A stretch of 44,362 nucleotides of DNA from a phage, in the sequence record PZ445525.1; one strand, written 5' to 3'. This document shows, one piece after another, positions 1 through 8,300 of this stretch (within the stretch, counting starts at the first letter, position 1; each line of letters begins with the position of its first letter). The notes beneath the pieces are model-generated. The model did not search any database. It worked only from the letters and a program-made list of their open reading frames with translations, and was not told the origin of the DNA. A program made the translations under genes and the position numbers.

Positions 1-1386
1 ATGCGTAACTATGCGGCAGAACATCGCGCCCTTGAACGCGCGATCGCAAAGCGAAACCGACCGCCGCGACCGACACGCGTTGCGCAGGCCGTCCGCCTGT
101 ATCAACCTGATTGTCTTCCTCACCAGGTGGAACTACTGCGCGACACGAAGACTAAAATCCTCGGCCTGTGCTCCGGCTTCGGTGGCGGTAAGTCATGGGT
201 CGCCGCTAGAAAGGTCATCCAGCTTTTAACCCTGAACCCTGGTCATGACGGCATCGTTACAGAACCGACAATCCCACTCCTGGTTAAAATCATGTACCCG
301 GAACTGGAGAAGGCTTTCGACGAGGCTGGATTTCGGTGGAAGTTCAATAAGCAGGACAAGATTTACAGTGTGCTGGTGCGAGGCAAATGGACGCGCGTAA
401 TCTGCGAGTCAATGGAGAACTACACCCGCCTTATCGGGGTTAACGCCGCGTGGATTGTTGCCGACGAGTTTGACACCACGAAACAAGACGTCGCGATGGC
501 GGCATATCACAAATTGCTTGGTCGTCTGCGTGCTGGATTGGTACGCCAGTTTGTCATCGTGTCCACGCCGGAAGGCTTCCGGGCGATGTACCAGATTTTC
601 GAAGTGGAGAAGGATAGCCAGAAACGTTTGATCCGGGCGAAGACTACCGATAACCACCACTTACCGGCAGACTTTATCGACACGCTGCGCAGTCAATACC
701 CGGCTAACCTGATAGATGCGTACCTGAACGGCATGTTTGTCAACCTTACGTCGGGCGCGGTGTACAAGATGTTTAACCGCGAGGAGAACGCCAGCACCGA
801 AGAAGTGCAACCGGACGACACGCTGATTATCGGTATGGACTTTAACGTCACGAAAATGGCGGCGGTCGTGTACGTCAGACGGCAGCGCATCACCGAAAAC
901 AAGGAGTTCCGCGACGAGATTCACGCAGTGGATGAATTTGTGGACCTGTTTGATACCCCGGCTATGATTGAGGCGATCGAGGAGCGCTACCCCGATCATT
1001 GTGCTGCCGGTAGGGTCGTCGTTTACCCGGATAGCAGTGGCAAGTCACGTAAGACCGTTAACGCATCATCGTCCGATATCGCGCAACTGGAAGACGCGGG
1101 CTTCGAGGTGGAGTATGACAGTGTTAACCCACCTGTGAAAGACCGATTGATCGCGATGAATACGATGATGTGCAACTCGAAGGGCGTGCGCCAGTATTTT
1201 GTCAACCTGGATAAATGCCCTACACTAGCGAAATGTCTGGAACAGCAGGTTTACGACCTGAAGAAAGGTGAGCCGGATAAAACCGCCGGAGTGGACCACA
1301 TGAACGATGCCGCGGGCTACCCAATTGCGCACCTGTTCCCAGTGATTCGTCCAATCGCCGTTGTTCCAACTGTAGACTTCTACTAA
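1..1386 (+). CDS. terL: terminase large subunit
   Basis: 461-aa ORF with Walker A-like GFGGGKS and Walker B-like IVADEFD; directly follows the terS-like ORF across the window junction. Confidence 0.85.
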   Translation: MRNYAAEHRALERAIAKRNRPPRPTRVAQAVRLYQPDCLPHQVELLRDTKTKILGLCSGFGGGKSWVAARKVIQLLTLNPGHDGIVTEPTIPLLVKIMYPELEKAFDEAGFRWKFNKQDKIYSVLVRGKWTRVICESMENYTRLIGVNAAWIVADEFDTTKQDVAMAAYHKLLGRLRAGLVRQFVIVSTPEGFRAMYQIFEVEKDSQKRLIRAKTTDNHHLPADFIDTLRSQYPANLIDAYLNGMFVNLTSGAVYKMFNREENASTEEVQPDDTLIIGMDFNVTKMAAVVYVRRQRITENKEFRDEIHAVDEFVDLFDTPAMIEAIEERYPDHCAAGRVVVYPDSSGKSRKTVNASSSDIAQLEDAGFEVEYDSVNPPVKDRLIAMNTMMCNSKGVRQYFVNLDKCPTLAKCLEQQVYDLKKGEPDKTAGVDHMNDAAGYPIAHLFPVIRPIAVVPTVDFY

Positions 1387-1396
1387 GGAAACGACC

Positions 1397-2917
1397 ATGA
1401 CCGTTAACGTTGACAACCAGCACCCACTTTATGCGCGCATCGCGCCGGAGTGGAAAATGATCCGCGATTGTGTAGCAGGGGAGCGCGCCGTGAAGGCGTG
1501 CGGCCCCTTGTACCTGCCACACCCAGCCAGCGGCGATAACACCGACCCGAAATCACGGGCGCGATATAAGGCGTATAAGCAACGCGCTGTATTCCTGAAC
1601 GCCACCGCCCGCACACTTAACGCACTGTTAGGCGTTGCCTTTGCTAAACCGGTAAGTCTTGACCTTTCCGGGGCGATGGCGGACCTGATTGACGACGTAG
1701 ACGGCAGCGGTATGCCGCTGCCACAACTCCTGCGCGGTGCTATGTCGGAAGTGCTGCAATCAGGTCGTGCGGGCTTTATGGTGGACTACGATCGCCAGGC
1801 GCATTTTGATGAACTGGGTAACGTAGTGCCGCAGACAGCGGCTGAGATGGCGTCACATCGCCCGCTTATCCGCCTGTACACGGCAGAACAGATCATCAAC
1901 TGGCGGCAGACCCACGGCGTCGATACGCTAATTGTGCTGAAGGAAACGGACGAAATCAGCACTGAAGATCCGGACGATTTCGCAAACCACGAAGTAACAA
2001 TCTGGACCGAGCTTCGCATGATTAACGGTGCGGCACACGCCCGCCGCTGGTTTTATAACGCGGACACGTCCGAGGTGCAAATGGACTTGCCGCGTGGGTT
2101 TACCCGCACCGACCTTGTTCCGCTGGTGGATGCTGCCGGTCGTGCGCTTACTCAACTTCCGTTTTGCTGGTGCGGCGCGGTGGATAACAACGCAACGCCA
2201 GACGCCGCGCCGCTGGCGGATATTGCGTCCATCAACATTAAGCACTACAACGCCGAAGCGGACGTCGCCGAGATTGCGCACATCGTGGGTCAACCTACCC
2301 TGGTGACAACGGGCTTGACTCAATCATGGGCTGACAAGAATCTGAAGGGCGGCATTGCCCTCGGTGCGACTAAGGGCGTTATTCTGGGTCAGAACATGGA
2401 CGCTAAACTGATTCAGGCGGAGGAGCGCAACTTGTCGGTTGCACTGTGTGAGCGTCGCGAATTGCAAATGGCTAAACTTGGCGCGGCCCTGGTCGAGAAG
2501 GGGACCGCACCTAAGACGGCAACTGAAGCGGCCTACGATGCGCAGACTGATAACAGTATCCTGTCGCTTATTGCCGGTAACGTTGAGAAGGCTTTCAACC
2601 GCGCGCTGCAAATCGTCCAGCTATTCACAGGCGACACCGCCGACCAGCGTGTGACGCTGAATAAGTTCTACACCGAGATCACGGTTGATGCGCAGCTTAT
2701 GACCGCGATGATGTCGGGTGTGCAGACGGGTACGGTCCGCCTGGCTGATTTCATCAAGTGGATGATGGCGCAGGGTGTCATCGACGACTCGCAAACCGTC
2801 GAGCAGGTGGAAGACGAATTGCGAAATCAGAATCCATTGCCTCAAATGTCCCCTGATGCGGTAGAATCTACCGAAGAAGACCCGGACAAGGTAGCGGACA
2901 ATGGCGAAGACAATTAA
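1397..2917 (+). CDS. portal protein
   Basis: 506-aa ORF immediately after terL with RBS aaggaaacgacc; size and position typical of portal; acidic C-terminus. Confidence 0.75.
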   Translation: MTVNVDNQHPLYARIAPEWKMIRDCVAGERAVKACGPLYLPHPASGDNTDPKSRARYKAYKQRAVFLNATARTLNALLGVAFAKPVSLDLSGAMADLIDDVDGSGMPLPQLLRGAMSEVLQSGRAGFMVDYDRQAHFDELGNVVPQTAAEMASHRPLIRLYTAEQIINWRQTHGVDTLIVLKETDEISTEDPDDFANHEVTIWTELRMINGAAHARRWFYNADTSEVQMDLPRGFTRTDLVPLVDAAGRALTQLPFCWCGAVDNNATPDAAPLADIASINIKHYNAEADVAEIAHIVGQPTLVTTGLTQSWADKNLKGGIALGATKGVILGQNMDAKLIQAEERNLSVALCERRELQMAKLGAALVEKGTAPKTATEAAYDAQTDNSILSLIAGNVEKAFNRALQIVQLFTGDTADQRVTLNKFYTEITVDAQLMTAMMSGVQTGTVRLADFIKWMMAQGVIDDSQTVEQVEDELRNQNPLPQMSPDAVESTEEDPDKVADNGEDN

Positions 2918-4004
2918 TCAATATTTGGCGGATCGAATGATTCGCCGTCACATCTTCACCCAGCGCTTGAGCAATGATCAGGCGCGGAGGGTGCTGGCTA
3001 TGTGGGAGAAGTTCCGGCCCGCTTTGCTGGGCAAGTTGACCGAGTTACTTGATGGCAAAAAGTCCATGAGCAACAAGGCACTTACCACACTGTTAACGCA
3101 ACTCGACAAGACCGTCAAAACGGAACTGCGCGCCGAGTTTAAAGTGCTGGCGGAGAGCCTTCAGGAGTTCGCCGACACCGAGGCTGATTATCTCGCCGAT
3201 ACATTAACGGCAGCGATCCAGCCCGCGGTCGCCGTACCGGCTGTCGAGGTGGTGGGTGTTGTGACCGGCGCGCAGATCGCAGCGACTGCAATGAAAAACC
3301 CGTTCCAGGGAAACACCATGATGCAATGGCCCGATTCACTTTCCGAGTGGACCCGGACGCAGATCGGCAATCAGGTGCGCGCTGGATTCATCCAGGGCAA
3401 GCCTACTATTGAAATTATTGCGGACGTGAGGCGCGCGCTCGGCGGTCGTAGTGCGCAAGCAATCTCAAGCGTTGTTAAGTCCGCGGTCAACCACTATGCG
3501 GCGACCGCCCGCGAATTAATGGTAAAAGCCAATGACGATATTCTCGAAGGTCGCCAATGGTTGGCTACATTGGACACGCATACTTCTCCCATGTGCCAGC
3601 TACGCGATCGCCTGTTTTATCCAGTTGGTGTTACTCCCGACACAAAAGGGAAGCGCGGCGGGAAAGTGGTGGCGGGGTCACAATATGGCGCGGGTCCTGG
3701 CAAGCTGCATTATTGCTGCCGTTCGACGGAGACGTGGAAAGTCAAAGGTATGGAGGATTGGCCCAGTGGTAAGCGTCCGGCACTGAAGGCTGATGCGGGC
3801 AGATTGCTGAGTGAGCAGGTCGACGCGCAGACTGATTTCTTCTCATGGGTGCAGCGCCAGCCTCGCCATATTCTGGAGGAGTTATATGGGGTGCAGCGCG
3901 CAGATCAGATTATGCGAGGCGTGAAAGTGCCGAAGATGTTCACCGATACTGGCGAATTAATGACTATTGCACAGCTTAAAAACCGGGGGTTATGGCGTGA
4001 TTAA
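2901..4004 (+). CDS. head morphogenesis protein (Mu F / SPP1 gp7-like minor head protein)
   Basis: 367-aa ORF overlapping portal stop; position after portal; W-x-T-L-D-T-H-T-S-P-M-C region recalls the phage head morphogenesis domain (recollection, unsearched). Confidence 0.55.
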   Translation: MAKTINQYLADRMIRRHIFTQRLSNDQARRVLAMWEKFRPALLGKLTELLDGKKSMSNKALTTLLTQLDKTVKTELRAEFKVLAESLQEFADTEADYLADTLTAAIQPAVAVPAVEVVGVVTGAQIAATAMKNPFQGNTMMQWPDSLSEWTRTQIGNQVRAGFIQGKPTIEIIADVRRALGGRSAQAISSVVKSAVNHYAATARELMVKANDDILEGRQWLATLDTHTSPMCQLRDRLFYPVGVTPDTKGKRGGKVVAGSQYGAGPGKLHYCCRSTETWKVKGMEDWPSGKRPALKADAGRLLSEQVDAQTDFFSWVQRQPRHILEELYGVQRADQIMRGVKVPKMFTDTGELMTIAQLKNRGLWRD

Positions 4005-4305
4005 GTATGCCGCGATCGGATTGGTTATAGGTCTGGCGGTTGGATTCTGGCAGGGTGATTCCTACCGCACTGGCGTTGAGGCGAGAGCGGCGCAAGAAGC
4101 GCAAGCGAAAGCCCAACGGCAGCAAACTAAGGCTGTCGAGGGGTCTGTGAAGGCAGAACAGGCCCGCGACGTGGAATACAGGACCATCACGAAAGAGGTT
4201 GTAAAATATGTTACGCGTCCTAACCGTCCTGATTGTAGTTTTGATGCTGAGCGCGTGCGGATCAAGCAAAGTGCCATCGATGCCGCTAACCGAGTCGGTC
4301 TATAG
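3997..4305 (+). CDS. i-spanin (Rz-like); start uncertain (ATG 3967 or GTG 3997)
   Basis: N-terminal TM helix IKYAAIGLVIGLAVGFW then Ala/Gln/Lys-rich helical periplasmic part; contains an embedded out-of-frame lipoprotein ORF. Confidence 0.55.
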   Translation: MIKYAAIGLVIGLAVGFWQGDSYRTGVEARAAQEAQAKAQRQQTKAVEGSVKAEQARDVEYRTITKEVVKYVTRPNRPDCSFDAERVRIKQSAIDAANRVGL

Positions 4306-4438
4306 ACCGCCTTGCACCTTTGAGAATGCCTCGTCAGATCCAGACGAAGACTTGCTGGTTGATGTTAAGAATATGGAGTGTGGGGCGAAGCTGAGGGCGC
4401 AAGTGCTGGAGTTGCAGAAAATAATTCGGGGGCCGTGA
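4208..4438 (+). CDS. o-spanin (Rz1-like outer membrane lipoprotein)
   Basis: 76-aa ORF starting inside the Rz-like gene in another frame and extending past it; signal peptide with lipobox L-S-A-C; Pro-rich mature region; RBS agagg. Confidence 0.6.
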   Translation: MLRVLTVLIVVLMLSACGSSKVPSMPLTESVYRPPCTFENASSDPDEDLLVDVKNMECGAKLRAQVLELQKIIRGP

Positions 4439-4449
4439 TGGCCCCTTTT
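4428..4449. terminator. bidirectional intrinsic terminator between convergent genes
   Basis: GC hairpin ggggcc-gtgat-ggcccc followed by TTTT; overlaps Rz1 stop and lies 3 nt from the stop of the minus-strand gene. Confidence 0.55.
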
Positions 4450-4451
4450 CG

Positions 4452-5216
4452 TTAGCGCGGAATACCGCAAATCTCGTTTAACGTCTTCACGTCCAGCGCC
4501 ACCGCCGTGGACTTCGGTTTGTCCGGGTATGGAATGAACTGTTCCACTTCAGGCCACGCCTTGATCAGCTTCTTATCGGTATTGTGCATATCCAGCACGC
4601 CGGTAACGGTTAGTTTGAACGCGTCATACTTAGCTCGTAATTCGCGGCGGGCCTTGTCGTTACGGTCCAGGCGCTTACAGAAAGCATGATCTGCCGGGTA
4701 ATCCACGCGACCGCGCGGAAGATATATCGGCAGCGCTTTCCCGTCCTCGTCCAATTCACACACTGACGCGAGCATCTCTTCTTCGTATCCGGGTACAATA
4801 TCGCCGAGGTCAGGCGCGAGTTTGTTCATGTATTTGATGTCCCAGTATCCTCGATGTGTGCGGTTTTGGCGTCCGTCGCCACTCAATGACAAGGTGCGAA
4901 CATTTCCGCCTGCATTGATTTCGAAAGTGGCGTCATAAACGCTGCCGATACCTTTCGGGCGGTCGGTGTCATAACGATACTTCGCCTTGTTGGGGTAGAC
5001 GCAGACGCAGTATGTGGGTGACTCGGATCCTTCTAATGCTTCGATGTGTGCGCGTAACTCGGCGAACGTGCGAATGCCTTTTGGCATACAGTCCAGCGTA
5101 ATGGCGTACGCCAGGTCGCGAGAGTCCATCATAATGGATTTGGCTTCGGTCGTGATCGCATGGTCGCGCAGGATGTTAGCCAGAATCAGGTTTTTAATAT
5201 CTTTCGTCAGTCTCAT
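4452..5216 (-). CDS. hypothetical protein (reverse-oriented moron inside head module)
   Basis: 254-aa ORF from ATG 5216 with RBS gagga; the longer six-frame ORF (to 5624) adds a low-complexity N-terminus antisense to the scaffold gene, so the internal start is preferred. Confidence 0.6.
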   Translation of the reverse strand: MRLTKDIKNLILANILRDHAITTEAKSIMMDSRDLAYAITLDCMPKGIRTFAELRAHIEALEGSESPTYCVCVYPNKAKYRYDTDRPKGIGSVYDATFEINAGGNVRTLSLSGDGRQNRTHRGYWDIKYMNKLAPDLGDIVPGYEEEMLASVCELDEDGKALPIYLPRGRVDYPADHAFCKRLDRNDKARRELRAKYDAFKLTVTGVLDMHNTDKKLIKAWPEVEQFIPYPDKPKSTAVALDVKTLNEICGIPR

Positions 5217-5245
5217 TTGTGTGTCCTCGTTGTTGGTGTGCAACC

Positions 5246-5274
5246 AATATATGCAACCAATACGAGGATTGCAA
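5246..5274 (-). promoter_or_regulatory. candidate sigma70-type promoter for the reverse moron
   Basis: -35 TTGCAA (5269-5274), 17-nt spacer containing ATTGGTTGCA, -10 TATATT (5246-5251), second ATTGGTTGCA copy at the predicted start site. Confidence 0.4.
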
Positions 5275-5281
5275 GCGAATT

Positions 5282-5310
5282 TTGCGATTATTTTTATCGC
5301 TGATAATATT
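5282..5310 (+). promoter_or_regulatory. candidate promoter for scaffold/capsid genes
   Basis: TTGCGA, 17-nt spacer, TAATAT upstream of scaffold RBS aggggga; weak prediction. Confidence 0.3.
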
Positions 5311-5364
5311 AGAAGCGTGAAGTCGAGCGGGTGGCCTGCTCTGCCACAATCCCAGGGGGATAGC

Positions 5365-6069
5365 ATGAATCTTACTAAAGCAGAATATGACGCGTTGCCG
5401 GAAGGTATGAAGGCGCTTTTTGTTGCCGATGGCGACGGGTATAAATCAACATTCATGACCGCCGAAGAGGTACAGGCGGAAATCAAGGGTCTGAAAGACA
5501 ATAACGCTAAGCTGGTGAGCGAGAAGAAAGCAGAAGCTGAACGCCGCGCCGAAGCTGAGCGCCTTGCGAAAGAGAAAGAGGAAGCCGCCGCGCGCAAAAA
5601 TGGCGACCTCGAAGCGATCGACAAGTCCTGGAAGGATAAGTTTGCGAAACACGAAGCAGATACATCGGGAAAAATCGAAGCCTACCGCAAGCAGATCCAC
5701 GATCTCACCATCGGCAGCGCTGCCAAAGACCTGGCATCAAAGCTGTTCGGTAAGAATGCCGGAATCATGCAACGTCACGTTATGGATCGCCTGACGCTGG
5801 AAGACGGCGAAGACGGCAGCTTGAAAGTGCGTGTATTGCAGGATGGCAAACCGTCCGCTCTTACTATGGAAGAACTTGAAAAAGAGTTCCGTAATAACGC
5901 CGATTTTGCATCCGTCCTGGCTGGCACGCCAGCCGGTGGCGCGCCTAGCAAACCGACGCAGGTTGTCGAAGATGTGAAGTCGAAAATCACTATGGGCCAC
6001 AGCTTCGGTATCACTGACCTTACGAAACAGGCAGGTGAAATCATCGCTAAGATGGGCGACGACGAGTAA
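5365..6069 (+). CDS. capsid scaffold protein
   Basis: 234-aa Lys/Glu/Ala-rich helical protein (AEAERRAEAERLAKEKEEAAARK) directly upstream of the major capsid gene; RBS aggggga; the six-frame ORF start at 5014 is rejected because that part is antisense to the moron. Confidence 0.6.
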   Translation: MNLTKAEYDALPEGMKALFVADGDGYKSTFMTAEEVQAEIKGLKDNNAKLVSEKKAEAERRAEAERLAKEKEEAAARKNGDLEAIDKSWKDKFAKHEADTSGKIEAYRKQIHDLTIGSAAKDLASKLFGKNAGIMQRHVMDRLTLEDGEDGSLKVRVLQDGKPSALTMEELEKEFRNNADFASVLAGTPAGGAPSKPTQVVEDVKSKITMGHSFGITDLTKQAGEIIAKMGDDE

Positions 6070-6166
6070 GCAGATTGCCCGCGAAAGCGGGCAATTTTGC
6101 GAGCGCATAAATCTAAGGTAACATTAACGTCACTGGGCGAATGCTCACAACTCAAAGGATTTCGAT

Positions 6167-7267
6167 ATGTCTTTAACAGTGTTCCAGCGTAAACTCGTCA
6201 CCGCGGTTACGCAAATGATCCCCGACAACCTGAACGTGTTCAACGCTGCCGCTAATGGTGCTGTTGTTCTCGGCACAGGTGAAGTGCTGAAGGATGTTGT
6301 AGAGAAAATGTCCGTAGGCTTGATCGCCAACCTCGTTACCGACCGTAACGCCTATGCCCCTGTCGGTACTCCGGCAACCGCTAAAGTGCTGGCGCGTATG
6401 CTGACCAACTCGGTTAACCTTTCCGCGAAAGTTGGTCCGGTAGCAATCACGAAGGCCATGATGGCTAAAATCGAAACCAACGTTAACAGCGTTGCGGCTG
6501 AGATTGCGGCGCAGGCTACTCAAGCGATTATGCTGCACTACCTGAAAGCTGGTATCGGCGCAAGTAAAGCGGCGATCGAAAGCAACGCAGCGGCAAAATA
6601 CACCCAACCGGCGCGCGTTGACGGCGTTGGTGGTCGTACCTTCCCGACCCTGGCAGACTTCCCGCTGGCGGCTTCTAAGTTCGGCGATCAGGCGTCTTTG
6701 ATTAAGTCGTGGTTTATGGACGGCGTTACCTGGGCAAACTTCATTGCGTACCAGGCACTCCCTTCCGCTGAACAGGTATTCGCAATTGGCGATCTCCAGG
6801 TAATGGGTGATGGCCTGGGCCGTCGCTTCATTATCTCCGATGCCGCTGCCGATGCTATGGGCGCTGGCACAATGCTGGGTCTGGTCCCTGGCGCGGTTGC
6901 AGTTACCACCAACGGCCTCGATATGCTGGCGCAGGAAAAAGGCGGTAACGAGAACATCGAGCGCTGGTGGCAGGGCGAGTTCGACTTCAACGTGGCTGTT
7001 AAAGGCTATCGTCTGAAGGCGTCCGCTCGTACCCCGATCGAAGGCGTCCGCTCGTTCAAGCTGGACGATATCACCACTTCCGCTAACTGGGAACTGGACC
7101 AGGGCCAGGTAGACAACGCACCGGCAACCGTGCAGGATGTTGGCGCTGTGGGTGATGGCGATACTAAAGGTCGTCGTAAGACCCAGGCCGCACAGGCAGT
7201 GCCTACCCGTCACATCAAGGAAACCGCTGGCGTACTGGTTACGCTGACTGCGACCACCGCGTCTTAA
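6167..7267 (+). CDS. major capsid protein
   Basis: 366-aa ORF with RBS aaagga following the scaffold and followed by a strong terminator; Ala/Gly/Val/Thr-rich composition typical of HK97-fold capsid proteins. Confidence 0.8.
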   Translation: MSLTVFQRKLVTAVTQMIPDNLNVFNAAANGAVVLGTGEVLKDVVEKMSVGLIANLVTDRNAYAPVGTPATAKVLARMLTNSVNLSAKVGPVAITKAMMAKIETNVNSVAAEIAAQATQAIMLHYLKAGIGASKAAIESNAAAKYTQPARVDGVGGRTFPTLADFPLAASKFGDQASLIKSWFMDGVTWANFIAYQALPSAEQVFAIGDLQVMGDGLGRRFIISDAAADAMGAGTMLGLVPGAVAVTTNGLDMLAQEKGGNENIERWWQGEFDFNVAVKGYRLKASARTPIEGVRSFKLDDITTSANWELDQGQVDNAPATVQDVGAVGDGDTKGRRKTQAAQAVPTRHIKETAGVLVTLTATTAS

Positions 7268-7285
7268 CGGGCGCACATCCCAAAT

Positions 7286-7310
7286 GGGCGGGCTTATGCC
7301 CGCCTTTTTT
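7286..7310 (+). terminator. intrinsic terminator after major capsid gene
   Basis: hairpin gggcgggc-ttat-gcccgcc followed by TTTTTT. Confidence 0.7.
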
Positions 7311-7325
7311 ATAGGAGTTAATACA

Positions 7326-7826
7326 ATGTATGGCGACCCGCAAACCTTTGTCGATTATGCCGCTGCGCGAGGCGTTGAAGTCACGTTGGGCGATGCAACG
7401 CGACACCTTACCATCGTCAATGACTTCCTTAACGGCGTCAACTGGATCGGCGAACAAGCGGACACGACCGGAATCGACGCATGGCCCCGCATCAATTACC
7501 CATCGGACGGGAAGCCGGTGCGCGACTCGCTAACCGAAGTCGTGGCGGTAGTGCCTGTCGGGCAAATCGTAGACTTTGCATCAATCCCCGTCGCCGTTGA
7601 GCAAGCCGTTTACCGGCTGGCGCTGTTGGTGGCAGACGAGATCGATATTTCTCCGGTCGGCGATGGTAAAGAGACTATTCGCGAAACGGTCGGCCCGATC
7701 ACGATGGAGTATGACCCGGCGTCGATTGGTAGCGGGGTGTCGTTCCCGTGGTGGGATGGCTTGTTAGGGCACTGGGTTGATTCAGGCGGCAACGCCGCAG
7801 GCAATTTCGACGTATTCAGGGGGTAA
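7326..7826 (+). CDS. hypothetical head/neck protein
   Basis: 166-aa ORF from ATG 7326 with RBS aggag; first gene after the capsid terminator. Confidence 0.45.
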   Translation: MYGDPQTFVDYAAARGVEVTLGDATRHLTIVNDFLNGVNWIGEQADTTGIDAWPRINYPSDGKPVRDSLTEVVAVVPVGQIVDFASIPVAVEQAVYRLALLVADEIDISPVGDGKETIRETVGPITMEYDPASIGSGVSFPWWDGLLGHWVDSGGNAAGNFDVFRG

Positions 7827-7827
7827 T

Positions 7828-7959
7828 ATGAGTCCTGCATTACTCGCGGCGATAATCGCCGCCAACACTAAACGGCAACCAGAACAACCGGAGCCAGAAC
7901 AACCGGAGCCAGAACCAGCACCACCGGCACAGGAGAGTGAAGAAGATGGCGGGCTTTAA
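7828..7959 (+). CDS. small Pro/Glu-rich protein
   Basis: 43-aa ORF with RBS aggggg; contains QPEQPEPEQPEPEP encoded by a 15-bp tandem repeat. Confidence 0.35.
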   Translation: MSPALLAAIIAANTKRQPEQPEPEQPEPEPAPPAQESEEDGGL

Positions 7960-8299
7960 TTACGCAGGATTAAAGCGGAAAGTGAATCCGCTGATTAAAA
8001 AATTCGGCATGACCGTTACGGTTACGCGTCCTGGGGCTGTTGACCGCGTAGACGGCGAAGAAGTGGTCATCCCGCCGACCTCGTTTGACGTCATCGGTCT
8101 TCGCGAGGAGTATAAGCCGAGCGAGATCGACGGAACGCGTATCGTTGCCGGTGATGTGAAGTTTTTATGTCGGGCGGTTGAGCAATTGCGGGTTGGCGAC
8201 CTGGTTAACCTGAACGGCACTGACTACCGGGTCGTCAACCCTAACCCATTGCAACCGGCGGGCACTACCATGCTGTTTCAACTACAGCTAAGGGGCTAA
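7946..8299 (+). CDS. hypothetical neck/head-tail joining protein
   Basis: 117-aa ORF, ATG 7946 preferred over 7937 because of aggag spacing; located in the head-tail connector region. Confidence 0.45.
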   Translation: MAGFNYAGLKRKVNPLIKKFGMTVTVTRPGAVDRVDGEEVVIPPTSFDVIGLREEYKPSEIDGTRIVAGDVKFLCRAVEQLRVGDLVNLNGTDYRVVNPNPLQPAGTTMLFQLQLRG

Positions 8300-8300
8300 C

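Noticed and set aside
5014-5364. N-terminal extension of the scaffold ORF (start at 5014)
   Set aside because: That part is antisense to the reverse moron, is hydrophobic/low complexity, and a good RBS precedes the internal ATG at 5365.
5217-5624. Long form of the minus-strand moron ORF (390 aa, start at 5624)
   Set aside because: Its N-terminal 136 aa are Ala/Ser/Arg low-complexity antisense to the scaffold gene; internal ATG 5216 has RBS gagga.
6173-7276. 367-aa minus-strand ORF antisense to the major capsid gene, and other long antisense ORFs (11242-13891 region, 16347-16916, 19260-19889, 29218-29982, 30580-31581, 37267-38004)
   Set aside because: All are mirror ORFs inside long, motif-supported genes on the other strand with Arg/Cys-rich GC-bias composition.
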